A stretch of 64,000 bases of DNA, taken from assembly GCA_951812785.1 (NCBI GenBank), contig OX638335.1, positions 1,849,712 through 1,913,711 of the forward strand, in the 5' to 3' direction. Under the pieces are notes generated by a model. That model ran no database searches. It was not told the DNA's origin and was given only the letters and a program-made list of their open reading frames with translations. This DNA comes from an uncultured Gammaproteobacteria bacterium (GTDB taxonomy: Bacteria; Pseudomonadota; Gammaproteobacteria; UBA4575). Made by a program: the position numbers and the translations under genes. Each line of letters begins with the position of its first letter. Position 1 is the stretch's first letter. Shown here in pieces: positions 1-9,423 of this stretch.

Positions 1-78
1 CGACCTAATTATTCGGTAATTTGGTTAGTCAAAGGTAAGCAACCCGTACCATTTGGCCAACGTATCCAATTGAACTGA
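1..78 (+). CDS. 3' end of an unidentified upstream gene (partial)
   Basis: Frame 1 is open from the window edge (..VIWLVKGKQPVPFGQRIQLN*). Its TGA overlaps the next ATG as TGATG. No family recognised. Confidence 0.3.
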   Translation, partial: RPNYSVIWLVKGKQPVPFGQRIQLN

Positions 79-1178
79 TGGATTTATCTCACGAAGACAA
101 ATTGCGCCTTAATGTATTACTCGCGCAGTCATTACACGCTATTCGCATCGACGAATCACGTATGGAACTCTATGCGCTATCTGAAAAGGGTGAAGCGAAA
201 GTTACTTTGCACGCAAACTGCAAAGATGAGAAATATTTGAAAATAGTCCGTCAACGGCTATCTACTCACGTACTAGGCTCACCTGGAGGCTACCCAGTAT
301 TCATGCGCGGATGGACGCGCATGGGGCAAGCGCGTGATAACAGCTTAGAAAAATTACTCCTATTGGCCGAGCCTGAAGCGGTTGTTGCTGTTGCACATGC
401 CAATGGGCTTACCAATGAAATTGCCAGGCATGCATGGTGGTGTGCGCCCAATGCTGAAAATGCACGCTGCTTATTGGAATCTGAACAAGTTGCGCAGGGA
501 TCGATGGGCCAAGAACTTGCAAAATTTTTGGTTGAATTCTTACCATTCGAAGAATCATCCAGAGCACTAATGAAATCAGTGCGATTAGTATTACAGCCCA
601 ATTTAATTGATGAGAAAACCAAGCTAGATATCTGGAAGCGCGGTAAGCGCCGCAATACATTTTACCTAGGTTTCATCAGACAGTGTCCAAACTCATTACC
701 GATAGAAGCACAAACACATTCGCTATACGATAAACTCGGGCATATTAATCCTACTAATATATATACACAGAAATTAAAATCGCTATTTAGTCCGCAGGGA
801 CAAGCCGCATTGGAAGCAATTATTACCGTGATTAAGAAACCAAATGATCAAGATGTTGCAGTAGAAATATTTAACACTATTGGGACGCACTTCTGCACCG
901 ACAAGCAACAGATATTTCGTTGGCGAGAGATTAATGAGCTTGATGATTGCACTGAAAAAATACTTAACAACCCAGCAAAAGATATAAATAGCATTATCAA
1001 TGATTGGCCAGATGCCAAACCTTTCATATATGCCGTAATATACTTATCCATGGTAAGCGAGACTTTACTAGACCCGGTATTCAGCGTCAGCGATGCGATC
1101 GGTTCTGTCATGCGCAAACGTATCTCTCACTTAACAGACCCAATATTAAAACAATTAAACACACTTAAAGAATCATGA
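78..1178 (+). CDS. Conserved hypothetical protein, 366 aa; possibly DsrS-like (low-confidence assignment)
   Basis: Long ORF overlapping its neighbours at both ends (TGATG upstream, ATGA with cysG). About 41 kDa, soluble, no motif I can name. The DsrS idea rests only on size, the cysG link and the DsrN/DsrR-like genes elsewhere in the window. Confidence 0.55.
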   Translation: MDLSHEDKLRLNVLLAQSLHAIRIDESRMELYALSEKGEAKVTLHANCKDEKYLKIVRQRLSTHVLGSPGGYPVFMRGWTRMGQARDNSLEKLLLLAEPEAVVAVAHANGLTNEIARHAWWCAPNAENARCLLESEQVAQGSMGQELAKFLVEFLPFEESSRALMKSVRLVLQPNLIDEKTKLDIWKRGKRRNTFYLGFIRQCPNSLPIEAQTHSLYDKLGHINPTNIYTQKLKSLFSPQGQAALEAIITVIKKPNDQDVAVEIFNTIGTHFCTDKQQIFRWREINELDDCTEKILNNPAKDINSIINDWPDAKPFIYAVIYLSMVSETLLDPVFSVSDAIGSVMRKRISHLTDPILKQLNTLKES

Positions 1179-2578
1179 GCCTTCTTCCCCTTTTCATAGA
1201 CATCAAAGACAAACCTTGCTTAATTGTAGGAGGAGGGAAAATAGCAGCACGAAAATTAAAAATGCTGTGCAAAGCACAAGCCAAAGTCACTATTATCGCA
1301 CCCAACATCTGCGATGAAATAAAATTGTTGCGTGAAGCACATTCGCTGACTTCACACCAGCGCAATTTTTCTAATTCTGACATTACTAACCAGAGTTTAA
1401 TTATCGCAGCGACTAATAATTCATTATTAAACAAACACATTAGCGATTTAGCCAAACAAAAAAATATTCTTGTTAATGTGGCTGATGATTTCAAACAGGG
1501 CGACGTTGTTCTGCCTTCAGTGATTGATCGGGACCCAATTCAAATCGCTGTGACTACCGGCGGCGCTTCGCCTGTATTAGCGCGATTACTGCGTAGAAAT
1601 TTAGAGCGCTGCACGCCTTCTGCATATGGTGCATTAGCTTCTTTAGTTGAGAAATATCGCCAAGAAACTGCAGATAAAATTAATGATAAGGATTCACGCA
1701 GACGTTTTTGGGAAGAAGTATTACAAGGTCCTATTTCTGAGATGGTATTGGCGGGAAAAGTAGCGGCAGCTGAAGCATCACTGCAACGCAAGTTAGCAAG
1801 CAAGAATTTCATCAGCAATGATAACGGAGAAGTCTATCTGGTTGGCGCAGGCCCAGGTGATCCAGACTTGCTGACATTCCGCGCATTACGCTTAATGCAA
1901 CAGGCAGATGCCGTTGTATATGATCGTTTAGTTTCAGATCAAATTATGAATTTAGCCAGAAAAGATGCAGAAAAAATTTATGCCGGCAAGCAACGTGCAA
2001 ATCACGCCATCCAGCAAGAATCAATTAACCAGTTGTTAGTACGTCTAGCTAAAGAAGGTAAACGTGTACTTAGATTAAAAGGTGGAGATCCTTTCATTTT
2101 TGGTCGCGGCGGAGAGGAGATCGAAACTTTAATGGAAGAAGGCATCCATTTTCAAGTTGTACCAGGCATTACTGCAGCGGCAGGTTGCGCTGCCTATTCA
2201 GGAATACCTCTCACTCACCGTGATCACGCGCAAGCATGCACCTTTGTTACCGGCCATTTAAGAGATGGAACAGTTAGCCTTAACTGGAAAATGTTAGCAC
2301 ACGCTAATCAAACCCTCGTTTTCTACATGGGACTACATGGCTTAAATATTATTTGCCAGCAATTAGTCAAACATGGCTTATCAGCAGATACACCTGCGGC
2401 ATTAATCACCAAAGGAACCACACCTGATCAGCGCGTATTAATTGGAGATCTAATCAGCCTGCCTAACTTGGTCGATGAACAACATGTTCAAGGCCCAACA
2501 TTAATTATTGTGGGCTCAGTTGTTTCCTTGCACACTAAACTTCATTGGTATCTGACTGATAAAGAAATTAAAGCATAA
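1175..2578 (+). CDS. cysG: Siroheme synthase (precorrin-2 dehydrogenase / sirohydrochlorin ferrochelatase / uroporphyrinogen-III C-methyltransferase)
   Basis: N-terminal LPLFIDIKDKPCLIVGGGKIAARK Rossmann motif. C-terminal VYLVGAGPGDPDLLT and GGDPFIFGRGGEE SUMT motifs. 467 aa. Confidence 0.92.
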   Translation: MSLLPLFIDIKDKPCLIVGGGKIAARKLKMLCKAQAKVTIIAPNICDEIKLLREAHSLTSHQRNFSNSDITNQSLIIAATNNSLLNKHISDLAKQKNILVNVADDFKQGDVVLPSVIDRDPIQIAVTTGGASPVLARLLRRNLERCTPSAYGALASLVEKYRQETADKINDKDSRRRFWEEVLQGPISEMVLAGKVAAAEASLQRKLASKNFISNDNGEVYLVGAGPGDPDLLTFRALRLMQQADAVVYDRLVSDQIMNLARKDAEKIYAGKQRANHAIQQESINQLLVRLAKEGKRVLRLKGGDPFIFGRGGEEIETLMEEGIHFQVVPGITAAAGCAAYSGIPLTHRDHAQACTFVTGHLRDGTVSLNWKMLAHANQTLVFYMGLHGLNIICQQLVKHGLSADTPAALITKGTTPDQRVLIGDLISLPNLVDEQHVQGPTLIIVGSVVSLHTKLHWYLTDKEIKA

Positions 2579-2678
2579 TGACTAAATGTTGTTACGCTTT
2601 TTTGGGACAGCTTGCATTTGATTTATAGAACAATACACATTGAGATACTAATAAATCACACCACTCCACACAATATAA

Positions 2679-3218
2679 ATGCATCAACTTACAATACGAT
2701 TTATATTTTCAACTATCCTGCTTATATCTATTAATATGTTTAATTGTTCGCGAGCTAATGCAATCAAAGTTGGGAATATGGCCCCCGAGTTTCAATTAAT
2801 TGACCAGCATGGACAAACACACACATTGGAAAAGTATCGTGGCCGATGGATTGTTCTATATTTTTACCCTAAGGACGATACTCCTGGATGCACAAAACAA
2901 GCGTGCGCGTTTAGAGATGACTACAAGATCATTAGTGCACAAAACATCCAGGTGCTAGGTATTAGCCTAGACTCAACTAAAAGCCACGCCAAGTTCGCAG
3001 AAAAATATAACTTACCGTTTCCATTACTAGCAGATAAACAAGGAAGTATTGCCAAAAGCTATCAGGCCCTCACATCGTTAGGATTTTTCAAGCTGGCTAA
3101 ACGACATACATTTATTATCGATCCTAACGGAATAATAAAAATGATTTACCGCAAAGTAGATGTCGCCACACACAGCGATCAGATATTGACTGATCTAAAA
3201 AAATTACAATCCAAGTAA
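2679..3218 (+). CDS. bcp: Bcp-type peroxiredoxin (thiol peroxidase) with N-terminal signal-like segment
   Basis: YFYPKDDTPGCTKQAC peroxidatic-Cys motif. Hydrophobic N-terminus ending ..SRANA. Confidence 0.85.
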   Translation: MHQLTIRFIFSTILLISINMFNCSRANAIKVGNMAPEFQLIDQHGQTHTLEKYRGRWIVLYFYPKDDTPGCTKQACAFRDDYKIISAQNIQVLGISLDSTKSHAKFAEKYNLPFPLLADKQGSIAKSYQALTSLGFFKLAKRHTFIIDPNGIIKMIYRKVDVATHSDQILTDLKKLQSK

Positions 3219-3290
3219 ATAATTATAGTAGTATCCAGTTAACAACTCTTTCGGATAGTAGTCCAAAAGAAAAGATTGATTTTTAATTCA

Positions 3291-3498
3291 GCAGTACAGG
3301 TGTCCACTTCTTAATTTAAAGAAGCTGGATTAAACAGGGAATCTGGTGAAATCCCAGAGCTGCCCCCGCAACGGTAATCAAGTATAAATAAACAACTGTG
3401 TCACTGCACATTAGTGTGGGAAGACTGTTTATTCGCAAGCTCAGCAATACAATATTGCAGGCAAGCAACTTGAGAGCCCGGAGACCGGCCTGTCACTG
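3291..3498 (+). promoter_or_regulatory. Cobalamin (B12) riboswitch aptamer upstream of btuB
   Basis: Core 'aacagggaatctggtgaaatcccagagctgcccccgcaacggtaa', 'gtcactg...gggaagac' and 'agcccggagaccggcctgt', with P1 acagg/cctgt. Downstream 'cttcctcct' (3546-3554) is complementary to the btuB SD 'aggag' (3631-3635). Confidence 0.88.
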
Positions 3499-3640
3499 AG
3501 CGGCAAATTGCGGTGGGCGATTCAGGCTGTTTAGACTTCACACTACTTCCTCCTGAATTTAAGAGGCATACCAGTCGGTGTGTTGTTTATGCATTCTATT
3601 GTCACTGCGTTTGCTCGTCATGTTCTAACTAGGAGAACAC

Positions 3641-5548
3641 ATGAGCTACTTACGCAACCTCGGTTTATTCACAGCACTACTTTGTTATTGCAGCACTAGT
3701 TTAGCCGAACCACTTCCCCCTATTTCAATTACGGCCAGCCGCATCGCAGTTCCTATAAATGAAGTTGCAGGTGCGATCACGGTGATTTCTAAGCAACAAA
3801 TTGAGAATCAAAATGCAGTTTATGCCTCGGACTTACTGCAAACAGTGCCAGGTTTAAACGTCAGCACACAAGGAAGCGCAGGTAGCATGACTCAAATACG
3901 CGTGCGTGGGGCCGAAGCAAATCATATTTTAGTGATCATTGATGGGATTGAAGTGAATGACCCAGCCAATTCATCTGAATTTAATTTTGCTCATTTACTC
4001 GCTGACAATATTGAGCGCATAGAGATACTAAGGGGGCCACAAAGTGCTTTATGGGGTAGTGATGCCTTGGCCGGCGTTATCAATATTACTACCTCCCGCG
4101 CAGATTCTGGCACGGAGTTCATCGCATCTAGTAGTTATGGGTCAGAAAACACCTATCACGGCGCGCTGAAGTACTTATTAGGCACTGAAACATTTAACCT
4201 CGTTCTGAATGGAAATTTTATTGACTCTGATGGTTTTAATACCGCGACCACAGGAAACGAACAAGATGGATACGACAACTCAACCTTAAATTTAAAATCT
4301 ACTTACCAAATAAATGATGCAATTAATGTTGGTATGAATTCTCGTTATACCAATGCTAGCAACGAATTTGACCCAGCACCTTTAGGTGTACCGGTTGATG
4401 GTTTTGGCAAAAATGATGTCGAACAAATTTATGCTCGTGGGTTTTTTGAGTTAAAACTCTTCAATGACGATTGGGTTCAACTTATAGAAGCCTCAATACT
4501 AAATACAAGCAACGATTCCACTGATGGAATATTTGGCAGGTCACAATCTGAGTCAACTAAAGAAAAATTTTCTTACCAGTCAACATTTACTTTACCTGAA
4601 TTAGAATCCGTACCACTTAAACAATCACTCACCTTCGCGCTGGAACGCGAGCAGGAACGATTTAGCCAGCAAGGTGCTTCTTTTCCTGGCTTCGACCCAA
4701 ATCAGCATCAGAAGATTACTAACTACAGCAGAATAGCAGAGTACAGAATTAAATTTCTTAAGCAGTGGGCGCTATCCGCTTCATTTCGTCATGATGATAA
4801 TGATGAATTTAGCAATCAAAACACTTATCAAATTGGGATTAATTATGTACATCCCTCGACACATACTAAAACCTATGTGACACATTCAACTGGCGCAAAG
4901 AATCCTACATTCACCGAATTATTTGGCTTTGCTCCGAACAATTTCGCTGGCAATCAAAATTTAAACACGGAAACTTCTGAAGCATGGGAAATTGGTTTAT
5001 CTCAAGATTTATTTGATAACCGTTTTCATTTCCAGGCTGCTCTTTTCTGGGAAGATTTGATTGATGAAATTCAGACAATTTTTCTCCCTACTTTTCAATC
5101 TACAGTAATCAATAACGAATCCCGTAGCGAACGTAATGGGTTAGAGCTATCAGTTCAAGGACAATTGAAAAACAACTTAACCGCGAGCGCGGCATATACT
5201 TATTTAGATGCCAGCGAACCAGACGCCTCTGGAAATAGTCGCACAGAAATAAGGCGACCAATTCACCAATGGTCGGGGCATGCGAATTACTCTTTTTTGG
5301 CCGACAAAGCCAATCTTAATGTTAGTATCAATCATATTGGCGACCGTAGAGATATAGATTTTAGCACTGGAAATAGACTGACTTTAGATGACTACACGCT
5401 GGTCAATATCGCAATGAATTATCAATATAACGATACTTTAAAAATGTTTGCACGCATTAACAATTTACTAGACGAGGAGTATCAAGATGCATTTGGTTTT
5501 GAGACAAGAGAGTTTTCCGGCTTAATCGGCCTCGAAATAAAATTATAG
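3641..5548 (+). CDS. btuB: TonB-dependent vitamin B12 outer-membrane receptor
   Basis: Signal peptide, plug domain (ITASR..VISKQQIE, IEILRGPQSALWGSDALAGVINI), C-terminal beta-barrel ending ..GLEIKL. Preceded by the B12 riboswitch. Confidence 0.88.
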   Translation: MSYLRNLGLFTALLCYCSTSLAEPLPPISITASRIAVPINEVAGAITVISKQQIENQNAVYASDLLQTVPGLNVSTQGSAGSMTQIRVRGAEANHILVIIDGIEVNDPANSSEFNFAHLLADNIERIEILRGPQSALWGSDALAGVINITTSRADSGTEFIASSSYGSENTYHGALKYLLGTETFNLVLNGNFIDSDGFNTATTGNEQDGYDNSTLNLKSTYQINDAINVGMNSRYTNASNEFDPAPLGVPVDGFGKNDVEQIYARGFFELKLFNDDWVQLIEASILNTSNDSTDGIFGRSQSESTKEKFSYQSTFTLPELESVPLKQSLTFALEREQERFSQQGASFPGFDPNQHQKITNYSRIAEYRIKFLKQWALSASFRHDDNDEFSNQNTYQIGINYVHPSTHTKTYVTHSTGAKNPTFTELFGFAPNNFAGNQNLNTETSEAWEIGLSQDLFDNRFHFQAALFWEDLIDEIQTIFLPTFQSTVINNESRSERNGLELSVQGQLKNNLTASAAYTYLDASEPDASGNSRTEIRRPIHQWSGHANYSFLADKANLNVSINHIGDRRDIDFSTGNRLTLDDYTLVNIAMNYQYNDTLKMFARINNLLDEEYQDAFGFETREFSGLIGLEIKL

Positions 5549-5550
5549 CG

Positions 5551-6120
5551 GTGATGGGAAATCGACTCACAAAAATATACACGCGCAAAGGTGATGATGG
5601 CAGCACAGGCCTAGCCTCAGGTCATCGCGTTAGCAAAGATGGCTTGTTGATTCAATCTATCGGCGATGTCGATGAACTTAATTCCACTATCGCTTGTGTT
5701 CGAGCAAGTCAAACCAATAAGAAGATTGACGGATTATTGATAGCTATTCAACACCATCTATTCAATATAGGCGGTGAGCTTAGTGCACCACAATGCATAC
5801 TTATTAATACGAGCAACATAGATTGGCTAGAACGTTGGATAGACTTCTTCAATCAAGATTTACCTCCCTTGAAAGAGTTTATACTCCCTGGTGGCGACAT
5901 TGGTATTGCTAATTGTCATCTTGCACGCACAGTATGTCGACGCGCAGAAAGAAGCCTGGTTGCATGGTCGCGACACAGTGCAATACGTACCGAACTCATC
6001 CAATATATTAATCGTCTTTCAGATTTATTATTTGTGTTAGCCAGAGTACTTGAAACTGATAAAAATTGCTCACCGACTTACTGGAATAAAGAGTTAGTAT
6101 TACCTGAGCCAAATGAATAA
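5551..6120 (+). CDS. PduO-type ATP:cob(I)alamin adenosyltransferase
   Basis: N-terminal KIYTRKGDDGSTGL motif typical of PduO-type adenosyltransferases. 189 aa. Starts 2 nt after btuB. Confidence 0.88.
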   Translation: MMGNRLTKIYTRKGDDGSTGLASGHRVSKDGLLIQSIGDVDELNSTIACVRASQTNKKIDGLLIAIQHHLFNIGGELSAPQCILINTSNIDWLERWIDFFNQDLPPLKEFILPGGDIGIANCHLARTVCRRAERSLVAWSRHSAIRTELIQYINRLSDLLFVLARVLETDKNCSPTYWNKELVLPEPNE

Positions 6121-6134
6121 TAGGTGACTTATCT

Positions 6135-7028
6135 ATGCGCATCGGTATTGATTTAGGCGGAACAAAGATTGAGTTATTGGCTTTAGATGATAATGGTGAA
6201 GAATTACATCGTCAGCGAATAAAGACACCTCAAGGGGACTATCAAGCAATTATTGATTGCATCAATAAACTAGTTGCATCCACAGAATCAAAGTTAAAAG
6301 CCAAAGGAAGCATTGGTATTTGTACACCCGGATCTATCTCTCCTACCAGTCATTTACTACGTAACAGTAATTCGACATGCTTAAACAACCAGCCTTTCAA
6401 ACGTGATTTAGAAAAATCTTTGTCGCGCAACATTCGTATGGCTAATGATGCTAATTGCTTTGCGCTTTCCGAAGCAACTGATGGTGCAGCTAATAATGCA
6501 GGCATTGTCTTTGGTGTCATTATTGGTACAGGTTGCGGTGCGGGTATCGTTATCAACAAACAACTTATTGATGGCCCAAATTCAATTACCGGTGAATGGG
6601 GGCATAATCCTTTACCTTATTTATCTGACGATGAGATAAATACCACACAGTGTTGGTGCGGCAATTTCGGTTGTATAGAAACTTTCTTATCTGGCATTGG
6701 CTTTGAGACCGATTATCAACTCACCACGGGTATCACTCAAGACAGCAAACAAATTGTTGCTGATGCTAGTGCAGGTGATACTGACGCTACTAATGTGCTG
6801 TCTCGCTACCAACAAAGACTCGCAAAAAGCTTGGCTCATGTGATCAATATCCTTGACCCTCATATCATCGTGCTGGGTGGCGGCATGTCTAACATTGAGT
6901 CTCTGTATTCAACTGTACCAAATCTCTGGCAACCTTATGTATTTTCAGATACTGTAAAGACTAAATTAGTTGCACCAATACACGGTGACTCTAGCGGAGT
7001 TCGTGGCGCAGCATGGCTATGGAATTAA
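6135..7028 (+). CDS. ROK-family sugar kinase (N-acetylglucosamine kinase / fructokinase-like)
   Basis: MRIGIDLGGTKIE ATP-binding start. ROK zinc motif GEWGH...CWCGNFGCIETFLSG. Confidence 0.8.
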   Translation: MRIGIDLGGTKIELLALDDNGEELHRQRIKTPQGDYQAIIDCINKLVASTESKLKAKGSIGICTPGSISPTSHLLRNSNSTCLNNQPFKRDLEKSLSRNIRMANDANCFALSEATDGAANNAGIVFGVIIGTGCGAGIVINKQLIDGPNSITGEWGHNPLPYLSDDEINTTQCWCGNFGCIETFLSGIGFETDYQLTTGITQDSKQIVADASAGDTDATNVLSRYQQRLAKSLAHVINILDPHIIVLGGGMSNIESLYSTVPNLWQPYVFSDTVKTKLVAPIHGDSSGVRGAAWLWN

Positions 7029-7549
7029 CTATGTCTAAAAATTTTGAACACCCATCTTGGCAATGGCTCGCTGCAATCATTTTGTTTCTTGCATTTAGCC
7101 GCTTAATTCCCCACGCACCCAATTTCACCCCATTAGGCGCAATGGCATTGTTATCTGGGGCATTCATTAAGAATCTTAGAGTGTCAATATCGATACCAAT
7201 TATTGCCATGTTCCTAAGCGACGCGATAATTGGATTTCATAGCTCCATGCTATATGTCTACGGAGCTGTTGCACTCATCGTGGTTGGCAGCCATTATTGG
7301 CTTAGACGCTTATCCTTAGTGTCCATAAGTTTGGCGGCTATAATTTCTGCGCTAGCATTCTTTCTTATTACAAACTTTGGAGCATGGTTATCTCACGACA
7401 TGTATGCGCATACCGCTAGTGGCTTAGCTCAAGCTTATGTTGCAGGGATTCCTTTTTTCAAGAATACACTTATCAGTAATATACTTTTTACGGCGGTAGG
7501 TTTTTACGCATCGCAGCAACTCCCTAGCAAGCAACTTGCGGGCAGTTAA
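7013..7549 (+). CDS. Small polytopic membrane protein (about 5 TM), function unknown
   Basis: Hydrophobic throughout. Last gene of the riboswitch-headed string. The alternative start at 7031 (MSKNFEH..) avoids overlap with the ROK kinase. Confidence 0.6.
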   Translation: MAMELTMSKNFEHPSWQWLAAIILFLAFSRLIPHAPNFTPLGAMALLSGAFIKNLRVSISIPIIAMFLSDAIIGFHSSMLYVYGAVALIVVGSHYWLRRLSLVSISLAAIISALAFFLITNFGAWLSHDMYAHTASGLAQAYVAGIPFFKNTLISNILFTAVGFYASQQLPSKQLAGS

Positions 7550-7558
7550 TCCAAGAAA

Positions 7559-7936
7559 CTACTTAACTACTTTTAAGTGTGATCGCTTAGTAGAGGGGTT
7601 ATCTGGATCTGGTGGAGGCGTAATTTCATTATCTTCACCGAACATCATGCCTTGACCATTCTCACGCGTGTAAATAGCAAGAACAAATTCTACCGGAATA
7701 TAAACTGAGGTTGGTTCACCATCGAATCGTGCATTAAAGGTAACGGTATCGTTAGATATTTCTAAATTTTGTGTCGCCGTAGGGCTTATATTGAGGACTA
7801 TTTTACCTTCTTGCTCATATTGTCTAGGAACATGAACACTATCGTCTTTAGTATCGACTAGAAGGTGGGGTGTCATCCCGTTATCCAGGATCCACTCAAT
7901 CATCGCGCGGATCAGATACGGACGTGTGGAAGTCAT
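7559..7936 (-). CDS. sspB: ClpXP adaptor, stringent starvation protein B
   Basis: N-terminus MTSTRPYLIRAMIEWILDNGMTPHLLVD matches SspB. Acidic tail ending ..LKVVK. Downstream of sspA. Confidence 0.92.
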   Translation of the reverse strand: MTSTRPYLIRAMIEWILDNGMTPHLLVDTKDDSVHVPRQYEQEGKIVLNISPTATQNLEISNDTVTFNARFDGEPTSVYIPVEFVLAIYTRENGQGMMFGEDNEITPPPDPDNPSTKRSHLKVVK

Positions 7937-8009
7937 TGCCTATCCTTTGTCATCAAGAAAAGACAATGAACACTGGTTTTATCTTCAAACAATCGCTTAG
8001 ATTAACGAT

Positions 8010-8639
8010 TTAGATTGGTCGCATTTCTAGTTCTTCTTCAGTCAAGCTACTACGGAAAGAAGGACGATCAAATACTCGATTACTATATTCAACAATAGCT
8101 TTAGCTTCGGAAGGAAGATTGATATTCAAGCTAGGCAATCTCCATAACAATGGTGCGATGGAGCAGTCCACTAGGCTAAACTCATCACTTAAGAAGTAAG
8201 GCTTAACACTGAAAAGTTCTACTGAACTAATCAAGCTATCTTCTAAAATTTTACGCCCTCTCTCGCTTTCTTCTGCGTTGCCATTAAGGATAGCATCCAC
8301 AGGAGCGTACCAATCTTTTTCAATATGGAACAATGCCAGGCGTGACTTAGAGCGTGACACAGGGTCGACAGGCATTAACGGAGGATGCGGGAATCTCTCG
8401 TCAAAATATTCCATGATCACACGTGAGTCATATAACACTAAATCACGATCAACCAGGGTTGGTACAGAATTGTATGGATTGAGTCCCGACAGATCTTCCG
8501 GTTTATTATTTTGATCTATTTGCACAACATCCGCTGTGATGTCTTTTTCCGAAAGAACTATTCTAGTGCGATGACTTTGAAGACAGGCAGGGTCTGAAAA
8601 CAAAGTCATCACGGATCTTCGATTAGCGATTAACGCCAT
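8010..8639 (-). CDS. sspA: Stringent starvation protein A (GST-like)
   Basis: GST fold, 209 aa. Conserved sspA-sspB order downstream of petABC. Confidence 0.9.
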   Translation of the reverse strand: MALIANRRSVMTLFSDPACLQSHRTRIVLSEKDITADVVQIDQNNKPEDLSGLNPYNSVPTLVDRDLVLYDSRVIMEYFDERFPHPPLMPVDPVSRSKSRLALFHIEKDWYAPVDAILNGNAEESERGRKILEDSLISSVELFSVKPYFLSDEFSLVDCSIAPLLWRLPSLNINLPSEAKAIVEYSNRVFDRPSFRSSLTEEELEMRPI

Positions 8640-8670
8640 ATATATTCCAAAGTTTAGTTAATTATTATTG

Positions 8671-9423
8671 TTAGTGGATATCTTTCCAATAGTCGCGCTT
8701 CATGAAGTACACAAATACCCCAAGAAAGGCTAGGAAGAATAACACAGCAACACCGATACCTTGACGCTTAAGCTGAGCCGGCTCTCCCATATAAACCAAG
8801 AAATTAACCAAATCGACAATCATTGCATCATATCCTTTAGGCGTTAGCTTACCTGGAACTTCTATTTCAAACGGTGACGCATGGCTATTACCGTGGCCAT
8901 CGTCATGCGCATCATGATGATCATCTTTTGCAGCTAACTTTTGAAGACCTTGATACTCCCACAATACATGAGGCATTGATGTTCCAGGAAACTGTAGATT
9001 GTTAACACCACGTATGGCTGATTCATCAATGTAAAAGGATTTTAGATAGCTATAAATCCAATTAGCTCCACGCGATCTTGCTTTTACGCTTAAATCTGGT
9101 GGCGGCGCACCAAACCATTCTTTACCTTGGTCCACTGTTAACGCAACCGTCATAGTGTCACCAAACTTTCTACCAGTGAACATCATGTTTTCACGCATAT
9201 TCTTTTCACTAATCCCTAAATCAGCAGCAACACGATTGTAGCGACTGAAAGAAGCAGAATGGCAAGATAAACAGTAGTTCACAAATGTCTTGGCGCCACG
9301 TTGCAATGACTTTTGATGATGAACGTCAACGTGCATTTCAAATAGAGGTCCACCGCCAGCTGCCCAGCCGGACGATGAAGACACAAGAGCAACTACACAG
9401 ATTAATTTACAAATATTCTTCAT
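8671..9423 (-). CDS. petC: Cytochrome c1 of the bc1 complex
   Basis: Signal peptide, CLSCHS haem motif, C-terminal TM anchor. Confidence 0.92.
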   Translation of the reverse strand: MKNICKLICVVALVSSSSGWAAGGGPLFEMHVDVHHQKSLQRGAKTFVNYCLSCHSASFSRYNRVAADLGISEKNMRENMMFTGRKFGDTMTVALTVDQGKEWFGAPPPDLSVKARSRGANWIYSYLKSFYIDESAIRGVNNLQFPGTSMPHVLWEYQGLQKLAAKDDHHDAHDDGHGNSHASPFEIEVPGKLTPKGYDAMIVDLVNFLVYMGEPAQLKRQGIGVAVLFFLAFLGVFVYFMKRDYWKDIH

